Shown in pieces: positions 51,734 through 64,000 of a stretch of 64,000 nt of DNA (within the stretch, counting starts at the first letter, position 1; every line of letters starts with the position of its first letter). The DNA lies in contig CAVNZM010000001.1 of assembly GCA_963693365.1 (NCBI GenBank), positions 16,177,840 to 16,241,839 on the forward strand. Reading direction: 5' to 3'. The stretch is from Amoebidium appalachense. Taxonomy: Eukaryota > Protista > Ichthyosporea. Made by a program: the position numbers and the translations under genes. A model generated the notes under the pieces. It was given only the letters and a program-made list of their open reading frames with translations. It ran no database searches and was not told where the DNA came from.

Positions 51734-53332
51734 GGTGGCGGCCCGCTATACTATTGGGTTGTGGGGGAGAAAGACCGGGTAGTATGTTTTGAGCTGATGG
51801 CGCACGCGCAGTCTTACATTTGCCCTCTGAGAGGTGCCCGGGCACTCATCACGGCCTTTTCACTCAGGCTTGGGTGTTGTAGAACATGCAAGGGTCTTTT
51901 GAGATGTTTGTGGCGCTGTGTATAGACAGGCTTTTTATTTGGGTCTTGTGTGTGATGTTGACGCACATACGTTCATGTGTATCATGGTGTATCTTTTTGG
52001 TTACGATGACTGTGTGAAACAGTACTGCAGTGTGCCTTGGCAAAAGTTTTCACCTTTCACTTCGTGGTTTAGGCTACACACTTTTTATTGAAGTTCGTAA
52101 ACAGACTCTGCCCATTGATTGGATGAGGTGAACGGGTGTAGGGTTCGAACGCAAGACTCTTGCTCCACAGCGTTGCCGCGAGAGTCTGAGACCACAGCGT
52201 GTATCTTTTCGTCCCTCGTAAAAAATCGGTGTCAAGACCTTTACAAGCAGATTTTTTTTTTTTCCTTTTTCAATCTGGCCTGCAATAAGCAAAATTCTAG
52301 TAGATAGACATACTAGGTTCGTTACCAACAAACGAGACGCATTCTGTAGCAGTGGTTGTCACGATTCACGAACGCCTGCTAATTTTCTAGCCCCGGCTTG
52401 AGTATTCACGTGAAAATTCTATATATAGCAAGCCAATCATTTAGCTTGAATTGTTCAGCAACTATCACCCTATACCCCCAACGGTATCGAAAAACACCCA
52501 ATGGAAATAGTTTTCTTTTGACTGGATTTATTCGACGGAAAGATATGCAAGTATGAAATAAATTTTCTTTTGACTCGGTTTTATTGATCCGTTAATGAAG
52601 GCAACGTGCAGCCAACAGGCTACATAACCACCAATAGAACTGAAAAAGCCAAAGCTACGAATTAAAAATAAAGCGACAAGTGACAAAGAACACCTGTCAG
52701 CTAGCGGGCAAAACCTTAAGTGTACGTGTATGCGTGAAACTAGTTTGCTCCAACTAGGCATATGCATCGATGTTGACCAGACCACACTCCGCAAGAAGAC
52801 ATCATTACTGCTGCTTCCCAACAGGCCCCCCTCGAAACCTACCGAGGCACAGCAGGCAAGTCAGCCTCTAAAAGAGCAATATTAATGCAGACCAAATCTG
52901 AGCTAAAAAACAATCCCAACGGGCCCGGCCCCTAGATAACCCGGAGAAACTGCATCTAGCTCTCTGATAAGGTGACCTAGTTGTGGCAGGACACACAGAA
53001 AAACACAATTACAGAATGCATAGAATAAATCCAGTCAAAAGAAAATAGTTTCCAAATAATTTAAGCACCTGAAACATGCGCTTTTCAATTTTTAGATTTT
53101 ATGCTTGGGGAACCCAAATTTACGGTGTTTAGGAGAACGTTTACAGTGCGGTCAGCTCAATGGGCGTGAACCCATAACAATTTAGCAAGCTGACGAGGCC
53201 TTTGTGCACTCTGGTGTTTCCGGAGCTTATTTCTTTTTGCCCACGGCCATCTAGAAACACCTTTTTGCCCTAGCTCAGCGGCTTTCCCTTTTTCAGACAG
53301 GAATACCGCTGCAGGGTGGCTTTAACATTACC
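51734..53332. promoter_or_regulatory. Probable divergent promoter region between the FUSC-like and ZIP genes
   Basis: 1.6 kb between head-to-head ATGs, more AT-rich and free of C/G runs. No specific motif identified. Confidence 0.45.
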
Positions 53333-58285
<4,953 letters not shown>

Positions 58286-59404
58286 GGTGGGATATGGGGT
58301 GTGGTGGATAACTAATGTTAAATATGAGTACCATAGACGGCATGTACTATATGGGAATATCTTGATGGGGAGATATTCCTTAGTAAGTCGATTAAGCCAT
58401 GGCCATTGTCTTAGAGGGATGTACATAAGCTTATATCTCGGATATGGAGATATAACATGGTATATCGATCTAGCCATTGTAGTTGGGGGATGTACATATG
58501 TGAATATCTCGGATGGGGAGATATACCTGGTGTGTCTTGAGTAGCGGGATGCGAAGACAGGACTTAGTGAATGCTGGATGTGTATCTATGTATGATACAT
58601 ATGCAGGAACGGAAACAAACGAACTGCCACGTTGACTATCTAAATTATTGGTTGGTTTTTATTTTTGTTTTCTTTTTCTTTTTAAAACTGTCGGAACCCA
58701 TTTTTTCTGTCCGCCCTGCATATTTCGAAATAATGCTCAATTTTCTTCTTGAGTCCTTAGTTGGTGTTGTTGAAGGTAATGAACCTCATGCCATATATCT
58801 GGTCCCTCTTCCTCCCCCTGCCCATCGCTTATGGTCACCTGCCTTATGATGGCACGTACAAGAGAAGAAGTTAAATGACATGTACAGTCAATTACACCAA
58901 GTCAGTACCTGTCAGTGTTACACAGACACACTATGATAATCACTTGTGCACGCTTATCCACGTAATAGTCCGCATATATACGTTCCTAATTTTTTGGTTG
59001 AAATATTGCACACATTCCGTCTGGCCGCAGGGAACGGCCAATAAAAGTGCAATGATCCCTTGTCATGGACACTTACAAATGCGACGGTACCCCGGAGCCC
59101 CCCCCCCCCCCCCCCCCCCCCAACAACAACAACAACGACACCACAACAAAAAAAAAATAAAAAAAAAAATAAATAAAGAATGGAAGAAAGAAAAAAAGGG
59201 CCACTGAACCGGCAAACGGTAAACCCAACCAAACTGTTTCCACCCATATCGCACCCCAACCATTCAAATTGAATGACAAGACATGTTACATACGCGGTGA
59301 TCATGAGTAACAGTGTTACGTGCTAAATTAATATATAGTACTTGTGCACATGCATGTTCTGGACCAGTGTATACAAACTGAGAGTTCATATGTTGTAATA
59401 GATG

Positions 59405-59790
59405 GTGTCAACCTGACCGCGGCGTGGCCGGGTACATACACGACAAATATTAGTAAGGGATAACTTCACACATGCAAAAGATTCATGCATGGCCAGGTTT
59501 GGAGCGTGTTTGAAAACGAAATCTCAGTGAACAGTGTCAACCTGACCGCGGCGTGGCCGGGTACATACACGACAAATATTAGTAAGGGATAACTTCACAC
59601 ATGCAAAAGATTCATGCATGGCCAGGTTTGGAGCGTGTTTGAAAACGAAATCTCAGTGAACAGTGTCAACCTGACCGCGGCGTGGCCGGGTACATACACG
59701 ACAAATATTAGTAAGGGATAACTTCACACATGCAAAAGATTCATGCATGGCCAGGTTTGGAGCGTGTTTGAAAACGAAATCTCAGTGAAC
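59405..59790. repeat. Perfect tandem repeat, 3 x 129 bp
   Basis: Units start at 59405, 59534 and 59663 (GTGTCAACCTGACCGCGG...TCTCAGTGAAC). Confidence 0.95.
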
Positions 59791-59915
59791 GTGTGTGGCC
59801 CAGTAACCATACATACATCCATCTGGGCCCACTGGTCATGAGACCAGGCTGCAGCTGGGACCTGGCCAAGGTAACCGGCCAGACTCCAAAGCAGTGTGAT
59901 AGCCATGTATCGGAG

Positions 59916-59946
<31 letters not shown>

Positions 59947-60364
59947 CCTACCCATCACACATACACGTGCACACACACTGTCACACACACAGTGGCGGTA
60001 TGATAACAGTCTCACACACGGGCGCGCACACAAGCACAGTCACACAAAACACAGCTGTCACACACACGAGACACACTTTTGAACGCGGGCGCCACAGCTG
60101 TGACCTGCATGTGGGGGCATGCGCATACACAATGCAGCACACAAATCAACAAAAAACTTCACACATGGCAGCTAATTGTCTTTATCCGAACACTTGCAAA
60201 CTTTCGAAAGTACATGTACAACCACATCATAGCGACAAAAATAACATATACCACAGCCTGCAGGCTGTACACACTCAGTCCGCTCCAGATCACGACACCA
60301 CTTTACAGGGTCATTCATAACTTTAATGGGCCAATCATACTCATTTTATAATTTAATGGGCCAA

Positions 60365-60599
60365 TTACTTCTGGTTCTTGGTCACATAATCGATGGCAGA
60401 GTCGACCGACAGGATCTTCTCTGCGTCTGTGTCGGGGATGACAATGCCAAATTCCTCCTCGATCAGAATCACCTGCACGTACGTCACGTGTGAGCACGTG
60501 TGTGTATGTGTGTGTGTCCGTGTGTGTCAGGTGCACACACGGGGAGTCCATTGCAGAAGGATGTGTGTGGGTGCCTGCATATGTGTGGCTGCTCCTCCC

Positions 60600-60646
<47 letters not shown>

Positions 60647-60653
60647 AGTCTCC

Positions 60654-60688
<35 letters not shown>

Positions 60689-61509
60689 TGTGCGTGCGCA
60701 TGTGTGTGCATGTATAGACCCGCCAGTGTACTCTAAGGCACATGCCCACACAGCCAACCGCAATAAGTTCAGCATTAGAAAATAGCAACAACACCTACTC
60801 CCCTTCATGTCCTATTGTGCATGTGACACACAGCACACAGCATCTCAGCCAGCCCCCCCTCCCCCCCAAAAAACCAAAAAAACCAAAAAAACCAAAAAAA
60901 TAATGAAACAACCCACGTGCCCACCCATTTCCACATACATCAAAAACTAAGGGTGAAAAGGCAGTGGAAGAGGGGCAAGGGGGCAAGGGGGCAAAGGGGA
61001 AGGGGGTCCTTCATAATGTGTTCCAGATTTAAGTATACACTCACAACGAGCAGTAGCATGCAGATTTTGCAAGGGGACACACAAAGGGTATGCATCAGAG
61101 GTGGGAGAGAGGGTGGGTGAATGGGGGGGAAGTGGGGGGGGGGGGGGGGAGGGGGTTTTGAATGCGTCAAAAAGTACGAAGTACACAAGAACAAACGGAT
61201 AACACGATGCAGAATGCAAGCCATACATAAAGAGTATGCATAATAAGCAGAGCCCATCCTCAGGGGGGGCCCAGGGGGGGGTTTGAATGCGGAACACGGT
61301 ACGAAGTACGCATACACGAAGGACACATGCAAAGGCAAACATTCAAGTATGCAACATAGCCATGCGCGCAGTATGGGGGGAGGGGGGGATGTCTGCTTGA
61401 CATAAGCACACAGTGTGTTTACGACTTCAGGGCACAATTGCTTAAGAAAATACATGCGAGTGTGGCTGTAAAAAGGAAGGCTGTCTGCAACATAACATTC
61501 GTGCGATTG

Positions 61510-61557
<48 letters not shown>

Positions 61558-62349
61558 CTGTGCGCGAGTACATGTGTGTATGTGTGTGTATGTGTGTGTG
61601 TGTGCGTGTGTGCGTGAGTCTGTGCACGCGCGTGTTTGCGGTATGTGTTGACGTGTATGTGCTGCTGAAGTAGCATAAGTGTTTACACACACAGAACGCG
61701 CACAAGTACGTGCACGTGTTAGCAAGTTGGTGTGGTTCGCACGTGCTAAACTCATGTGAGGGGAACAGCGTGCACGGGCACACAGTACTATGCTTATGCA
61801 GTAGTGTACAACAAGTGCATTGAGTATGTGCACAAAATTATTAGTGTACACGTTTAGATGAGCGCGTTCACGTGCTGGTGTATATACACATGGTGAGATT
61901 GGTGTGCACGGGCGACAGTGGGCGTGCAAGTAGTGATATTGAAGTGTATGTGCAAAGTGTCATGTACATGCAGTGATATTGGTGTGCACGTGCAAAGGAG
62001 TACGTGACCGTAAAACTGGCGTCACGTATAAATGAGCATGTGCACGTGCAAATGAGCATGTGACGTGGTAAGTAATGTGCACGTGCACACAGTAATATTG
62101 AAGTGTATGTGCAAAGCGTTGTGTATATGATGTACATTATGTACACGCAGTGATATTGGTGTGCCCGTGCAGAGGAGCACGTGCACATAACATTGGCGTG
62201 CACGTGTAAATGAGCATGTGCACGTGCAGATGGGCATGTGACGTAGTAAGTAGTGTGCACGTGCACATGAATAATAGCACACGTACCAGCTCCACGGCAT
62301 CCAGACTGTCCAGACCCAGGTCTTTGATGAAGTGGGCAGTGGGCGTGAT
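60365..62349 (-). CDS. Mitochondrial acyl carrier protein (NDUFAB1/ACP1-like); last two exons, 5' exons not identified and probably off the window
   Basis: Exon 62349-62287 [21 protein letters not shown] (phosphopantetheine DSLD motif) and exon 60472-60365 [35 protein letters not shown]. Confidence 0.93.
61155..61375 (-). mobile_element. Intronic structured repeat family, two tandem 5'-truncated copies (subfamily 1 at 61281-61375, subfamily 2 at 61155-61273)
   Basis: 61155-61273 is near-identical to the 3' half of copy E; 61281-61375 matches the 3' end of copies A and C; joined by a short C-run. Confidence 0.8.
61932..62267. repeat. Degenerate tandem duplication, two units of ~160-175 bp
   Basis: ATATTGAAGTGTATGTGCAAAG...AAATGAGCATGTGCACGTGCA...GTAAGTA occurs twice, next to the ACP donor. 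Confidence 0.8.
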
Positions 62350-62650
62350 CTGTACCACCACCATTGCATCATCAGTATCATATCCCCCCCCCCCCCCCCC
62401 CCCCAAAACACACCCACACACACGCACACCTCCCATTTACAGGGACCACCCCTCCCCACCCCTTCCCCAACACCCCCCACCACCCACAAATCACGCATGC
62501 GCACGCGCACACACACGCACACGCACACACATACGCACACACGTGCAAATCCGTCCCATAGAAGAATTTACCACAAAGCGGAGCCTACCAATCCGGGATG
62601 TGACCAATGCAGGTTGTTGCGGGAAAAAGGGGGGGGGGGGGGGGGAGGGG

Positions 62651-62869
62651 GTTTTGAATGCGTCAAAAAGTACGAAGTACACAAGAACAAACGGATAACA
62701 CGATGCAGAATGCAAGCCATACATAAAGAGTATGCATAATAATGAGCAGAGCCCATCCTCAGGGGGGGCCCACGTCATCCACAGTACCCGAGTTTCGACC
62801 TATTCCCCTCGTTAACGAAACCCAACTCAGATACTGTTTCACTTGAACATGAGTAGGTCACCCGTCTTG
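62651..62869 (-). mobile_element. Intronic structured repeat family, copy E (slightly 5'-truncated, subfamily 2)
   Basis: Runs from CAAGACGGGTGACC to GCATTCAAAAC on the minus strand; C-runs on both sides. Confidence 0.8.
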
Positions 62870-63141
62870 GGGGGGGGGGGGGGGGGGTTGCGTTAGGTTG
62901 AAGGCCTAGTAGAGCGCATGAGAACATGGTAAGCCGCATCGTGCAACACTTCACATATGACATCGACTGGGGATGGGGGGGGGGGGGGGGGGGGGGGGGG
63001 GGGAGATATATGGATGTTTGTGAAGCATACGAGCAGGGCGGGAACAGGCGGTACAAGAGCAAGTGGCAACTCCTTTAATTAAGTGAGAGACAGAGGTAGG
63101 GGCGTAGTGCGGGACACAGTAATGGTGGTGGTGGTGTGTGT

Positions 63142-63172
<31 letters not shown>

Positions 63173-63359
63173 GGGGGGGGGGAGAGGGGGGGGGGGGGAG
63201 CTACCAGTGCAAGAGCACGAGGGAGGGAGGGAGTGAGGAAAGGAGGACAGAGGAAAGAGGGTTAGAGATGGAGAGGGGAGCGGGGGGGGGGGGGGGGGGG
63301 GGGGAGAGACAGGTAGAGAGGGAGCGAGAGGGAGAGAGGTGTGCGTGTGTTTGGGGGCG

Positions 63360-63394
<35 letters not shown>

Positions 63395-63849
63395 GGGCAG
63401 GGGGACAGGGTATCCACTGCAGTGTAAGTAGGGTGTGGAAAAACAGTTGTCTGAGCCACAAAATACAGGGGCACGTCATGGCACACAGCTATGAGTAAGA
63501 TACAACGAGACACTCGGCAAACCGCAGAAGCATAACAGCTGCAACACACACAGAAGCTAACACAACCGACTAGTAAAGGAGCAAACCAGCAGGGGTGGGG
63601 GGTGGGGAGGGGGGGGAGCGGAGAGAAAGACACACAGTAATACATAGACGGACGCAGGCGTGTGTGTGTAGGCACGTGGGCTTTGTGGGTTCTCAGTATA
63701 AAAGGGTACGATTGGCACATCATACGACCACGAGAAAAATAACGAGTTCTTAACCTTACCGAGGGCTCCGAGATTGACAGCCCCCCCGACCTCCCCACAC
63801 ACCTTCCCCTCTTCCCCTCCCCCCCCCCCCCCCCCCCACCCAAAAAAAT

Positions 63850-63880
<31 letters not shown>

Positions 63881-63963
63881 TAAAATGATATCAGAGCCAA
63901 CAACGGCCAAAGGCCGGAAGAGGTTCCGAGTAATGCATACAGACGGACAATCCAAAAGGGAGA

Positions 63964-63998
<35 letters not shown>

Positions 63999-64000
63999 AG

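Noticed and set aside
52125-52200. tRNA or tRNA-derived SINE suggested by a GTTCGAACCC B-box-like motif
   Set aside because: No A box, acceptor stem or cloverleaf could be built.
59405-59790. CRISPR-like array
   Set aside because: Identical contiguous units without unique spacers, in a eukaryotic context with no cas genes.

Overview
Eukaryotic, intron-dense genomic window. Introns are packed with poly-C/poly-G, (CA)n and (CT)n tracts; a unicellular holozoan such as an ichthyosporean is my inference only. Five spliced genes were reconstructed by hand: mitochondrial Ile-tRNA synthetase (-, runs off the left edge), Mediator subunit MED14 (+, ~35 exons), a FUSC/ArAE-type membrane protein (-), a ZupT/GufA-type ZIP metal transporter (+) and the last two exons of a mitochondrial acyl carrier protein (-). 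MED14 introns hold three identical tRNA-Val(AAC) genes and a TTAA-flanked piggyBac-type MITE. Most notable: (1) a family of ~10 intronic elements, always sense to the host gene, C-run-associated, variably 5'-truncated with a shared 3' end, whose full-length copies show a covarying pseudoknotted RNA fold, and whose 3' end supplies the probable CTAAC branch point in three introns; (2) two apparent U12-type introns in MED14 with an atypical GTATCCA donor; (3) an intron with both splice junctions tandemly duplicated. Almost all ORF-track entries are low-complexity artefacts. All alignments and folds were done by eye.
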